Positions 46,726 through 55,642 of a stretch of DNA of 64,000 nucleotides are shown here, piece after piece. Numbering within the stretch: the first letter of the stretch is position 1; every line of letters begins with the position of its first letter. Under the pieces are notes generated by a model, which saw only the letters and a list, made by a program, of their open reading frames with translations, searched no databases and was not told the DNA's origin. The DNA is from Candidatus Omnitrophota bacterium (GTDB taxonomy: Bacteria; Omnitrophota; Gorgyraeia; Gygaellales; UBA12090), in the NCBI GenBank assembly GCA_030674475.1, contig JAUSCZ010000035.1, forward strand, positions 6,432-70,431, read 5' to 3'. Position numbers and translations under genes: made by a program.

Positions 46726-47378
46726 ACTCCTTCTATCCCGATTTTTTTTAACACAAATGCTGATTTCGTATATGCCCCCTGGTAATGCTTAATTCTTATT
46801 CTTGAAATAATCCGTAGAGGCACTCCTAATGTTTGAGATGCTTCACATAACCCTTTTTCCTTAGCCTTCAAATCTATAGTAGCCAGATAACGCACTCTTT
46901 TTAAAGGGCACCTTGCTTTCCTCAATGCCTTCTTAATCCCCGACACCACATCTTCCTTTTTTATCCCCTTCCTACAGCCGATACCAATAATAGTATCCTT
47001 CAAAGCCTCAGTCGCGGTAGTAATTACCGGCTCGGCATCCAGAATATTGGCCGTTTGTATGGCTAAATTATTGGCCCCGCCTTCGTGTCCGGAAAGCAGG
47101 CTGATCGCGTAACGGGAGAAATCATCCACCACCACTACAGCCGGATCACGGTATTTATTCTTTAGATATGGGGCAATCATCCGCACGGCAATCCCCATCG
47201 CCATTATAAAGATTATGCCTTCAAACTTATCCTTATCAAATATCCCGGTAACTAAATCCTTAAGCTGACCCGGCGAAGGATTAAAACAGGAAACCTCTTG
47301 CTGCCTAAAGCCGTGTTTAATGATTTTGGCAATCTCCCGGCCGTTCTTATTAATCGCCACTACCGCTATTTTTTTCAT
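46626..47378 (-). CDS. cbiG: Cobalt-precorrin-5A hydrolase (short form)
   Basis: DPAVVVVD, SLLSGHEGGAN, ITTAT, GIGCRKG, GVCEP. Confidence 0.9.
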   Translation of the reverse strand: MKKIAVVAINKNGREIAKIIKHGFRQQEVSCFNPSPGQLKDLVTGIFDKDKFEGIIFIMAMGIAVRMIAPYLKNKYRDPAVVVVDDFSRYAISLLSGHEGGANNLAIQTANILDAEPVITTATEALKDTIIGIGCRKGIKKEDVVSGIKKALRKARCPLKRVRYLATIDLKAKEKGLCEASQTLGVPLRIISRIRIKHYQGAYTKSAFVLKKIGIEGVCEPCALLAGKRAKLIVPKMKLSGLTVAIAREN

Positions 47379-48160
47379 TACTTGCGTATCTGCCTAAATC
47401 CGTGGGCAAAATCCTTAGCATAAAGCCGGCTGGGCTGATAACCTTTTTTCCTTAACACCTCTCCTACGATTATCAAGGCCTGGCGTTTGATTCCGGCGGC
47501 TTTGACCTTTTTGGCGATATCCGCTAATGTCCCCTGAATCCCGCGCTCATCCGGCCAGGAAACCCGCTCTATCACTGCCACCGGGGTATCATGGGCATAG
47601 CCGCGTTTCAATTTTCTAACCACTCGGCCGATATCCTGAACGCTCAAGAAAATAACTAAGGTGGCCCGGATCTTGGCTAATTTCTCTAAATCTTCCTTTT
47701 CGGGAACCTTGGTCCTTCCGGAAAGCCGGGTAATAATTACCGTCTGGGATACCCCAGGCAGTGTCCACTCCTGTTTCAGGCTGGCCGCCGCGGCCTGAAA
47801 CGAACTCACTCCCGGAATAACCTCATAGGATATTCCCTCTTTTTCGCACCAATCCATCTGCTCCTGAGTGGCCCCGTATAGAGAAGGATCCCCGGTATGC
47901 AGGCGGGCGATTATTTTCTTATCGGATTTCTCCTTTTCAATAACCCCCAAGATCTCCTCCAGGGTCATTTTAGAGGAGTCATAGCTGACTGCCGCCTTCT
48001 TGGCAAATTTCAAGATATCCTTATTCACCAGCGAGCCAGCATAAATGATAACATCCGCCTTCCGGATGATCTTTACCGCCTTAAGAGTCAACAACTCCAA
48101 ATCCCCCGGCCCAGCCCCGATGAAATAAACCTTAAGTAAAATTTTTGCGCTTTTCTTCAT
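47378..48160 (-). CDS. cbiF: Cobalt-precorrin-4 C11-methyltransferase
   Basis: FIGAGPGD, YAGSLV, RLHTGDPSLYGA..EQ, SRLY. Confidence 0.93.
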   Translation of the reverse strand: MKKSAKILLKVYFIGAGPGDLELLTLKAVKIIRKADVIIYAGSLVNKDILKFAKKAAVSYDSSKMTLEEILGVIEKEKSDKKIIARLHTGDPSLYGATQEQMDWCEKEGISYEVIPGVSSFQAAAASLKQEWTLPGVSQTVIITRLSGRTKVPEKEDLEKLAKIRATLVIFLSVQDIGRVVRKLKRGYAHDTPVAVIERVSWPDERGIQGTLADIAKKVKAAGIKRQALIIVGEVLRKKGYQPSRLYAKDFAHGFRQIRK

Positions 48161-48307
48161 AATATTTATTTATAATATAAACCCTTATTCCTTTCCCTGA
48201 GGCTGTACAAATAGATAACCCCGCCCTAACCTTTACAGGAATCAAGCGGGGAGTAAGTGTCATTATTTTAATATAGCTGCTGACTTTATTAAGGACTCTT
48301 TTTCGCG

Positions 48308-48478
48308 TTATTTTACGTGAGAAACTTTTCTAAGGCTGAGGCCATACTTTTTTGCTGCTTCTTCAGATTCACTATGAATGGCGGCAAGCTTTTCCTTGCT
48401 AGTCATATTTTTGTGTTCTTCGTAAATTTTTTCCTGAATCTCATGTATTTCTCTCATTGGTTTAGGTTCTTTAAACAT
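48308..48478 (-). CDS. Small hypothetical protein, possible antitoxin partner of the PIN gene
   Basis: ATG 48478 behind GGAGG overlaps the PIN stop; charged helical 56 aa. Confidence 0.55.
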   Translation of the reverse strand: MFKEPKPMREIHEIQEKIYEEHKNMTSKEKLAAIHSESEEAAKKYGLSLRKVSHVK

Positions 48479-48944
48479 TCTCCACCACCTCCTGAGGGGA
48501 ACAGATTTCAATTGGCTTATATCCCATTAGGGCATTTATCCCTGAAACTTCCCGTTTTGTCTTAAGTTTTACGATATGGGTAAAATTCCAGCTCACTATC
48601 GCATCCAAATCATTTACGGAAGCGATAGCAATATGAAACGCGTCATCTTCATATTTGGCAGGAATTATGCCTTTTTCTATGTATTCTCTGGCTAAAGTCT
48701 CCGCGCTATCATCAAAAATAAGCTCTTCAGGATTTATCTTCTTTATACAATCCCTTAACTGTATTGCTTTAGGTTCAGGCGCCTTATTTATCTCTAACAT
48801 AACGATTTGAGAAATAAACACGTTATATTTACCACTCCTTATTTCTTCAAAAAGTCTAAGGGTAATTTCCCTTTCCAGCAAAACATCGTCGGCAATGGCA
48901 AAATTAAATACAGATGTATCAAAATAGAGTTTTGGTATTTTCAT
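48471..48944 (-). CDS. PIN-domain protein
   Basis: LYFDTSVF, DDAFHIAIA, IVSWNFTHIV; start set at ATG 48944. Confidence 0.85.
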   Translation of the reverse strand: MKIPKLYFDTSVFNFAIADDVLLEREITLRLFEEIRSGKYNVFISQIVMLEINKAPEPKAIQLRDCIKKINPEELIFDDSAETLAREYIEKGIIPAKYEDDAFHIAIASVNDLDAIVSWNFTHIVKLKTKREVSGINALMGYKPIEICSPQEVVENV

Positions 48945-49009
48945 AAATGTGCCCTCGATAATAAAATACCACAAGAAAGAGCTTGTAACAAGAAGAATCT
49001 GCGAAAGGC

Positions 49010-49771
49010 TTACTTTTTTACCAGGATCACCGAAAGATAGCCCAGCTCTTTGTCTTTTATAGAGGCGATATTGCGGATGATTTTTTCGTTGGGATGGCCT
49101 ACGCGGCTGATCAGGACGGCATTTTTGGTGAGGCCTTTTTGTTTAAGCAAGTGGATTACTTTTTGCAGTTTTGCCCCTACCTTCATCAGCACCACCGTAT
49201 CAAAATCATTAAGCGCCTCTTCTATTCCCGCCAGGTCTTCACCTACCGGCAGGACTGCCATTTTTTCTTTTCCCTCTAAAAGGGAAAACCCTGCCCGGGA
49301 GGCCGCGGCATTAAAGGCGCTTATTCCGGGGATAGTCTCAACATCTATCTTCGGAAAATTCTGTTTAAGCATTTTTAAAAGATAAATGTAAGTGCTGTAA
49401 ATAAAGGGGTCACCAAGGGTAACAAAGGCCGCTTGTTTACCTTTTTTTATTTCTCCCGCGATTCTCTGAGCGGCCTTTTTCCAGTATCTTTTCAAGACCG
49501 CCTTATCTTTAGTCATCGGAAAAGTAAGCTCAACATAGGTCTTTTTACCCTCAATGACCTGTTCAATTATCCTACGGGCAACCGATACGCCCTCGTCGCT
49601 TCCTTTGGGGGCAAAAATGATATCCGCCTCCTCCAGCGCCTCTTTAGCCTTCAAAGTTAACAATTTGGGGTCTCCCGGACCGATGCCAATTCCGTAAAGC
49701 TTCCCCTTTGAAACCTTCCGCGAACTTACGCGGTTCGTAAAGGTTAAATCTTTTTTACGATCATTACGCAT
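49010..49771 (-). CDS. cbiL: Cobalt-precorrin-2 C20-methyltransferase
   Basis: LYGIGIGPGDP, FPM, TLGDPFIYSTY, VVLMKV, YLS. Confidence 0.92.
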   Translation of the reverse strand: MRNDRKKDLTFTNRVSSRKVSKGKLYGIGIGPGDPKLLTLKAKEALEEADIIFAPKGSDEGVSVARRIIEQVIEGKKTYVELTFPMTKDKAVLKRYWKKAAQRIAGEIKKGKQAAFVTLGDPFIYSTYIYLLKMLKQNFPKIDVETIPGISAFNAAASRAGFSLLEGKEKMAVLPVGEDLAGIEEALNDFDTVVLMKVGAKLQKVIHLLKQKGLTKNAVLISRVGHPNEKIIRNIASIKDKELGYLSVILVKK

Positions 49772-50367
49772 AAACCAAATCCTCTCATCTTGCTTAAATT
49801 CACCAAGTCAGTATCAATTATCCTTTCATTGGGATAGGTAAGATTTTCTAAAACCACGGCCCTCCTATTTTCTACGCCTTCCTTAAGCAGATATTCGGCT
49901 ATTTTCTGCGGAGGAAAATCAGCGTCAGTGAATAAAAATACCTTAAAGTGGGCCTTAATTTCTTCACTCAAGTTATTCACCGGGCGTCCGTGGAGACTGA
50001 TAATTTTGGCATCCTGCCAGCTTTCCCCTATCTTGGAAAAAGCAATCTGTAAAGTGCTGATGCCGGGAATAACCTCGTATTCTTCTTTCTTAAATTCCTT
50101 AGACAACTTCTCTAATAAACTATATAATCCCGTGTCACCGGAGACCAGCACCGCCAGTTTTTTTTCATCCTTATGCGCCTGAACATAAGGAATAACCTCA
50201 TCAAAATGCTCATCCAAAACAAATTCTTCCTTCTTGCAATCTTTAAACATCGCCAAAATTCTTCTGGAGGAAATCAGGCAATCGCTGTTTTCTATTTGTT
50301 TTTTGGCAACAGGAAGCAAATAATCTTCTATCCCCGGCCCAACCCCGATAATATATATTTTACTCAT
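49744..50367 (-). CDS. cbiE: Cobalt-precorrin-7 C5-methyltransferase
   Basis: IIGVGPG, VSGD, IPGIS..Q, SLHGR, ENLTYPNERI. Confidence 0.9.
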   Translation of the reverse strand: MSKIYIIGVGPGIEDYLLPVAKKQIENSDCLISSRRILAMFKDCKKEEFVLDEHFDEVIPYVQAHKDEKKLAVLVSGDTGLYSLLEKLSKEFKKEEYEVIPGISTLQIAFSKIGESWQDAKIISLHGRPVNNLSEEIKAHFKVFLFTDADFPPQKIAEYLLKEGVENRRAVVLENLTYPNERIIDTDLVNLSKMRGFGLCVMIVKKI

Positions 50368-51439
50368 TTTCTCTAAAATTCAAACGATTTCCTAGAAGCT
50401 CACCTTGCAAGGAAAGAATATAACAATTTATCTTTAATACCGAATTAACCAGCTCATTCAGCTTTTCTACTACTGCCTTAGCCAGCATATCAAATACCGC
50501 GCTTAGATTATTTTTCTTCAGGATTTCCCCGGCGCTCTCAGCAGTTTCCTGCAGGGAAAGCTCCCGGATTATTTCTTCCGGGGCCTTGCTCATCCGGGCA
50601 TAACGCGCAATAGTATCTACGCGGCCGTCTCCATGCTGGCAATGGGTGTTAAGCTGTCCGTTAGCCACCTTAACTAATTTCCCGATGTGCCCGGCAAAAA
50701 TTACTTCGTTTATCCCTTTTCTGGCGCACTCCTCAAACATAAAACCGATGTGGTCGCCAATCTTGACTATTATATCATCTTTTATGCCTAAAACCTCTTT
50801 ACAGAATTTCTCTCCCACATACCCCGGCACTAATGCCGCCCTGACCTGGCCCGAGGCCTTAATCACATCCAATTGCAGGGATAAAGAGGCCTTATAGGCG
50901 GCTAATGACTTTGGCTCAACTATCCCGGTTGTTCCCAGTATGGAAATGCCGCCTTCTATACCCAGCCGGGGATTAAAGGTCTGCTTAGCCAACTCTTCAC
51001 CCCGGGGGACACTGATAGTTATTTCAAGGCCTCTTTTTTCCAGATAAGGCTCAAGTTCTTGCAAAATCATCTTACGCGGCACAGGGTTAATCGCCCACTC
51101 CCCAACCGCTACCGCTAAACCGGGCTTAGTTACCCGGCCAACGCCTTTTCCGCCTTTAAGAATAATCCCCGGCTGTTCAGAAAACCTGGCCTCGGCAAAA
51201 AACTTAGCCCCGTTAGTTATATCCGGGTCATCACCGGAGTCTTTGATTACGGAGCAGTGAGCAAAACCAGCGCCTATTTCCTGGTCGCTTAAATTAATAT
51301 TTAATTTAGCGCCTGAAGCAGTTGCTACATTCACGGTTTCCACAATCTTGCCTGAAGTAAGCATCATCACCGCCGCCTTTGCCGCGGCTTGAGCACAAGT
51401 TCCGGTAGTATAACCTTTCCTAAGTTCTTTTAACTCCAT
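50360..51439 (-). CDS. cbiD: Cobalt-precorrin-5B C1-methyltransferase
   Basis: LRKGYTTGTCA, KDSGDDPDITNG, AINPVPR, GGISILGTTGIV. Confidence 0.95.
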   Translation of the reverse strand: MELKELRKGYTTGTCAQAAAKAAVMMLTSGKIVETVNVATASGAKLNINLSDQEIGAGFAHCSVIKDSGDDPDITNGAKFFAEARFSEQPGIILKGGKGVGRVTKPGLAVAVGEWAINPVPRKMILQELEPYLEKRGLEITISVPRGEELAKQTFNPRLGIEGGISILGTTGIVEPKSLAAYKASLSLQLDVIKASGQVRAALVPGYVGEKFCKEVLGIKDDIIVKIGDHIGFMFEECARKGINEVIFAGHIGKLVKVANGQLNTHCQHGDGRVDTIARYARMSKAPEEIIRELSLQETAESAGEILKKNNLSAVFDMLAKAVVEKLNELVNSVLKINCYILSLQGELLGNRLNFRENE

Positions 51440-52272
51440 AACTTCTTCAACTCCTGCCTGGCCTCGCCGACAGTCAAAGGCAAATGCTCAATATTATGGC
51501 CATCCTCATTTTTCAAAACCTCAAACAAATGGCCGATATGGGGCAGGCGTAATTTAGCGCTTTTAAGTTTATCCGAATCGGAAAATACCGCTTGAGGCGC
51601 GCCGTCCTGGGCTACTATTCCCTTATCCAAAATAATCACCCGGTCAATAAATACCGGGACCAAATCCACCGAATGGGTAGACATCACAAAGGTAATCCCT
51701 TTTTGTTTATTTAGATTCTTCAATAACCGCATTATGGAGCTTACCCCGGCCGGGTCCAAACAGGAAGTAGGCTCATCCAAAAGGATAATTTCCGGATCCA
51801 TTGCCAGAACCCCGGCTAAACAAACCCTTTTTTTCTGCCCAAAACTTAAAGCGTGTATCGGCCGCTGGGCGAAATCGGACATCTCTACCGCCTCCAGGGC
51901 CGAGCTCACCCTTTGCCTGACCTCTTCGCGGCCCAAACCCATATTCACAGGCCCAAAGGCGATATCTTGAGCTACGGTGGGAGAAAACAGCTGATCCTCG
52001 GGATTTTGAAACATAGTGCAGACTTTAGTAAACAAAGCATCCCGGTCAATAGACTTGATATTTTTCCCCTCAATTAAAATATCGCCTTGAGCCGGTTTCA
52101 ACAGCCCGTTAAGTAATCTTAAAAGCGTGCTTTTACCGGAACCATTGCCTCCAAGAACTCCGGCGAATTCGCCCTTAGGAATAGAAATATTAATTCCCTT
52201 TAAAGCGGCAGTGCCGTCAGGATAAGAAAAATAGACCTCTTTGGCTTCAATGGCTTTATGATTAACGTTCAC
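51430..52272 (-). CDS. cbiO: ECF cobalt transporter ATPase
   Basis: GGNGSGKST, FQNPEDQLF, LSFGQKKR; GTG start overlaps the GIY-YIG stop. Confidence 0.9.
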   Translation of the reverse strand: MNVNHKAIEAKEVYFSYPDGTAALKGINISIPKGEFAGVLGGNGSGKSTLLRLLNGLLKPAQGDILIEGKNIKSIDRDALFTKVCTMFQNPEDQLFSPTVAQDIAFGPVNMGLGREEVRQRVSSALEAVEMSDFAQRPIHALSFGQKKRVCLAGVLAMDPEIILLDEPTSCLDPAGVSSIMRLLKNLNKQKGITFVMSTHSVDLVPVFIDRVIILDKGIVAQDGAPQAVFSDSDKLKSAKLRLPHIGHLFEVLKNEDGHNIEHLPLTVGEARQELKKLWS

Positions 52273-52558
52273 CCCGCCCTTCCTCCACTCGTTAGCCCAA
52301 GACGTAACTTAAGCTTTGATAGACCGCTTCCATAAGTCTTCAAACTTTTTTCCCGTTCATATGCCCAATCTTTGAATGGATACGCCTCATAATAAATTAA
52401 TTCTACCGGTAACATCTTTTTAGTAGAATAAACTTTCCCTTCGACATGTTCTTTTAATCTTCTTACTAAATCATTAGTGCAGCCAATATAGATTGCCGGC
52501 ATCTTATCACTCTTTAGTAGATACACATAATACCAACTGCTAGGAAGGGCGGGGTTCA
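52267..52558. mobile_element. Minimal GIY-YIG cassette with 14-bp inverted repeats and 5-bp direct repeats
   Basis: accccgcccttcct 52271-52284 / aggaagggcggggt 52542-52555; gttca at 52267-52271 and 52554-52558. Confidence 0.7.
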
Positions 52559-52559
52559 T
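52269..52559 (-). CDS. Stand-alone GIY-YIG nuclease
   Basis: YYVYLL...IYIGCT.DL.RR..EH...ST......L.YYEA...RE..LK. Confidence 0.9.
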   Translation of the reverse strand: MNPALPSSWYYVYLLKSDKMPAIYIGCTNDLVRRLKEHVEGKVYSTKKMLPVELIYYEAYPFKDWAYEREKSLKTYGSGLSKLKLRLGLTSGGRAG

Positions 52560-52563
52560 TTTT

Positions 52564-53328
52564 TTAACCAGCCCTCTCTAATGCTATCAAAATCAGCCCA
52601 AAAATAAAAGCGGCAAGGACATCCGCGGTTTTAAGCCTTTCCATAGGAGCTAAAGCTTGATTTATATTTTTATAACCCCGGAGCATCATTGCCTCATAAG
52701 TGGCGATGCTTTGGTCATAAGCCTTAATCACGATTGTTCCCGCCAAAACCCCCAATGAACGCAATGACCTGAAAGGAGCAGTATATCCTAAGCGAACCTT
52801 CTGGGCGTCAAAGACTGTTTTGGCGTCTTCTAACAATACGAATATATAGCGGTAAGTCAGGAAACAGACCTCAATCCAGGCCGGGGGGAGCTTAAACCAG
52901 AGTCCGGCCTCCAGCAATTTAGGTAAAGGCGTGGTCATGCTCAAGAATAACACCCAAGAAGTACTAGCCATAATCTTAAGTACTATCGCGTATCCGTATC
53001 TTAACCCTTCGGCGTAAGCCGTTAAGCTCAAGCCCGCGATATGCAGACGCCATATCGGAGTATTCCCGTGATAAAAAGTCTGGATGCACAGGATGCTTAA
53101 GGCTATTCCCAGCGGGGCGCAAATACGATGGATTATTATCTTTACCGGCACCTTTATACTCAAAAGGATCACCGGAACTGATAAAATAATACACCAAGAC
53201 GCGAACACCTTTTGCGAATAAAGCGTCAGGATAATGGCCATAATCACAAAAACGGCCTTGAGCCTGGCATCCAGACGAGTCAGAAAATTATCTCTCTGGG
53301 CAAAATAATCCGAGAAAATGTCGTTCAC
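52564..53328 (-). CDS. cbiQ: ECF cobalt transporter T component
   Basis: LDARLK, TYRYIFVL, AQKVRLGY, AMMLRGY. Confidence 0.9.
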   Translation of the reverse strand: MNDIFSDYFAQRDNFLTRLDARLKAVFVIMAIILTLYSQKVFASWCIILSVPVILLSIKVPVKIIIHRICAPLGIALSILCIQTFYHGNTPIWRLHIAGLSLTAYAEGLRYGYAIVLKIMASTSWVLFLSMTTPLPKLLEAGLWFKLPPAWIEVCFLTYRYIFVLLEDAKTVFDAQKVRLGYTAPFRSLRSLGVLAGTIVIKAYDQSIATYEAMMLRGYKNINQALAPMERLKTADVLAAFIFGLILIALERAG

Positions 53329-54386
53329 TGTGCGCCCTCTCTTTCACAAAACAATTTTCGCCAGCAGAAACCGGCCATAAATCCTCCGGCCGCGCCGGCC
53401 AGCAGAAAAACAAAAAGCAATAAATCCCCCTGGTCGGTATTGATAAAAGGCGTCCAAGCCGGCCGGCCGTGCTCCTGGGCAAACTTCTCCACCACATTTA
53501 CATCTACCCCCGGCCATTTGCTTTCCTCCTGGGCCAAAACAGAAGAAGTTAGAATCCAAGAGGCGAAGGTCAGAATTAAAATATAGCCGCTAAGATTTTG
53601 ATTTTGGGTTTTAGTTTGTAATTTTGACTTTTGACTTTCGACTTTTGACTTTCCTGTCACTCCCAAAGAGTGCAGGATGTCCGGCCGGCGCTTATAGACA
53701 AATACAACCATCCCTCCGGTGAGAAATCCCTCTAATATCCCCAAGGGAAGCTGGGTAGGGATAAAGGCAACCAGAATAGTGTAAAATAACGACAACATTG
53801 ATTTGCTGCCGTGTAAGGCTGAAGCTAACTCAAAAGAAGTGGTGGCATAGGTCGCCCAATCCGCGAGAAGCCCGGCAATAAAACCGCAAAGGAATAAAGG
53901 GGCCTTTAACTTTTGCAGAATCCTGAAAGAAAAATAAGCGGCAAATGAGCCCATTACTCCCATTGAGACAATATCCGCGCCCCAGGTAGTCAGGCCGCCG
54001 TGGGCCAGGAATAAGGCCTGAATGAGCAAGGCGATTGAGGTTACCAAAATACTCATTACCGGCCCCACCAGCACCGCCGATATTCCTGTTCCGGCGGGAT
54101 GACTGCAGGTTCCGGCAGTAGGCACCGGCACCGGCATACAAGAAATAATGAAGACTACCGCTCCCATCAACCCCAAGAGGACCTTAAAATGAGGATTGAT
54201 TTCCGTCTTCTTCTTTATATCCCTTATTCCCTTGATCACGAAAGGGATGGCTATCAGATACCAGAACCCGGCCCACTTCATCGGCAAAATCCCTTCGGAT
54301 ATATGCATTGCCCAGGCGTTCCCTGAAGCCAAAAGGCAAAAAATAGCGGATAATACTAAATAAAAGGCAGTTTTTTTAATATTCAT
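53325..54386 (-). CDS. cbiM: ECF cobalt S component CbiM fused to a CbiN-like accessory domain
   Basis: Signal peptide then MHISEG, GTCSHPAG, AHGGLTT; C-terminal WPGVD...GDLLLF domain after a heptamer-derived linker. Confidence 0.88.
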   Translation of the reverse strand: MNIKKTAFYLVLSAIFCLLASGNAWAMHISEGILPMKWAGFWYLIAIPFVIKGIRDIKKKTEINPHFKVLLGLMGAVVFIISCMPVPVPTAGTCSHPAGTGISAVLVGPVMSILVTSIALLIQALFLAHGGLTTWGADIVSMGVMGSFAAYFSFRILQKLKAPLFLCGFIAGLLADWATYATTSFELASALHGSKSMLSLFYTILVAFIPTQLPLGILEGFLTGGMVVFVYKRRPDILHSLGVTGKSKVESQKSKLQTKTQNQNLSGYILILTFASWILTSSVLAQEESKWPGVDVNVVEKFAQEHGRPAWTPFINTDQGDLLLFVFLLAGAAGGFMAGFCWRKLFCEREGAQ

Positions 54387-54398
54387 TTTTGTTCCTCC

Positions 54399-55376
54399 TT
54401 AAAAGGTATACACACAGGTAAAGACTACGGAATCATTGGCATCGGTATTGGTGCCGGTCAGTGTCCTCTGGTAACCAAGAAGCATTTGTATTTTCTCGCT
54501 TGACCAGCCTATCCCCGGGGATAGGTTTAAATACATTACATCCGTGGCAGGAGTCTTTTCTCCGCTTTGCTCTTTATCAGCCTGTAAAAAACCATTAAGT
54601 TCAAAGCTGAGATTAAATCCTGCCGCCATAAAATACTCCATACCGAAGTCATAATTTAAATACCTGCCATAGCCGGTCTTTACCGTGTCTATCTTCCTTT
54701 CCTGAGGAACACTATATATAAAATCCGCGTGGGTTACAAAAGGTTTGAGTTTTTTGCTCAAGTTTATCCCTGCCCCTAAATCATACGAGCCGCCTCCGGA
54801 GCTCGCGCCCATCAAATCAGTGCCCAGTTTATCAGGGTCGGCCTTTTGATATTTTCCCGTAGGCACTTTTAACTGAAATATTCCCGTAAGGTGCGGCAGC
54901 CATCTTTCTTCTTCTAAGGCGCAATAACGCAAGAAAAGATAACTATCCCCCAAACCATTGGTATGCGCCTTTCTATCGCTTTGTGTGGCATAATTTTCCT
55001 GATATACGGCTTGGGCGTCTATTTCTAACCTTTCACTAAGGCCATACTGGGCGAATAACTGCTCTTGGAACTGGAACTTCCTATCGTCAGCCGGCAAAGA
55101 GCCATAATGGCTGTCGGAATTAAATGTGCCGCGGCTGCGGTTATAGAATAGAAACGTCTGGACTACTAATTTTCCTTGGTCACACAAAGGAGCGGTCCAG
55201 GTAGTAAGCGGACCGGCGGAAACGGGATTCCATTCATCAGCTTCTTTACCTTCCTTATGGCTGCGGTTATCGGAAGCCGCACCATCGCCCTCTGGCTTAT
55301 GAGCGAAAGATATATCCGACAGAGCGCACAAAACAAACTGTAGCAAAACATAAACTATTATTTTCCTTCTACACAT
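54399..55376 (-). CDS. Putative outer-membrane beta-barrel transporter (phenol-MetA-degradation-like)
   Basis: Signal peptide, GLGD, LKVPTG, GGGSYD, C-terminal YTF. Confidence 0.6.
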   Translation of the reverse strand: MCRRKIIVYVLLQFVLCALSDISFAHKPEGDGAASDNRSHKEGKEADEWNPVSAGPLTTWTAPLCDQGKLVVQTFLFYNRSRGTFNSDSHYGSLPADDRKFQFQEQLFAQYGLSERLEIDAQAVYQENYATQSDRKAHTNGLGDSYLFLRYCALEEERWLPHLTGIFQLKVPTGKYQKADPDKLGTDLMGASSGGGSYDLGAGINLSKKLKPFVTHADFIYSVPQERKIDTVKTGYGRYLNYDFGMEYFMAAGFNLSFELNGFLQADKEQSGEKTPATDVMYLNLSPGIGWSSEKIQMLLGYQRTLTGTNTDANDSVVFTCVYTF

Positions 55377-55403
55377 AGCATTTCTCCTTTTCTCGGAAGT
55401 TTT

Positions 55404-55556
55404 GGGAATAAGAGGTTTCCTGACTTAAGACATCTAACCTACTTGCCATCCTTCCCATTCCGACGAATCGTCAGAACAGTGGACTTATTGGCTTTCGTTT
55501 CTCTTACAGTTACCGAATAGTAGAGGATTTCCACCTCTTTCCACAACCTTATTCCC
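55404..55556 (-). ncRNA. Cobalamin riboswitch
   Basis: GGGAATAAG P1; GGAA-agaGGTGgAAATCCtct; ACTGTAA; CCACTG...GGGAAG; B12 box AAGTCAGGAAACCT. Confidence 0.85.
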
Positions 55557-55642
55557 GTTAAAATTATTTTAATTACCCGTTGTTTCCTTTTTCACCTCCT
55601 GTCTCTTTCGCTAAGATTACCAATTCCAAACCCGCATTGGAA

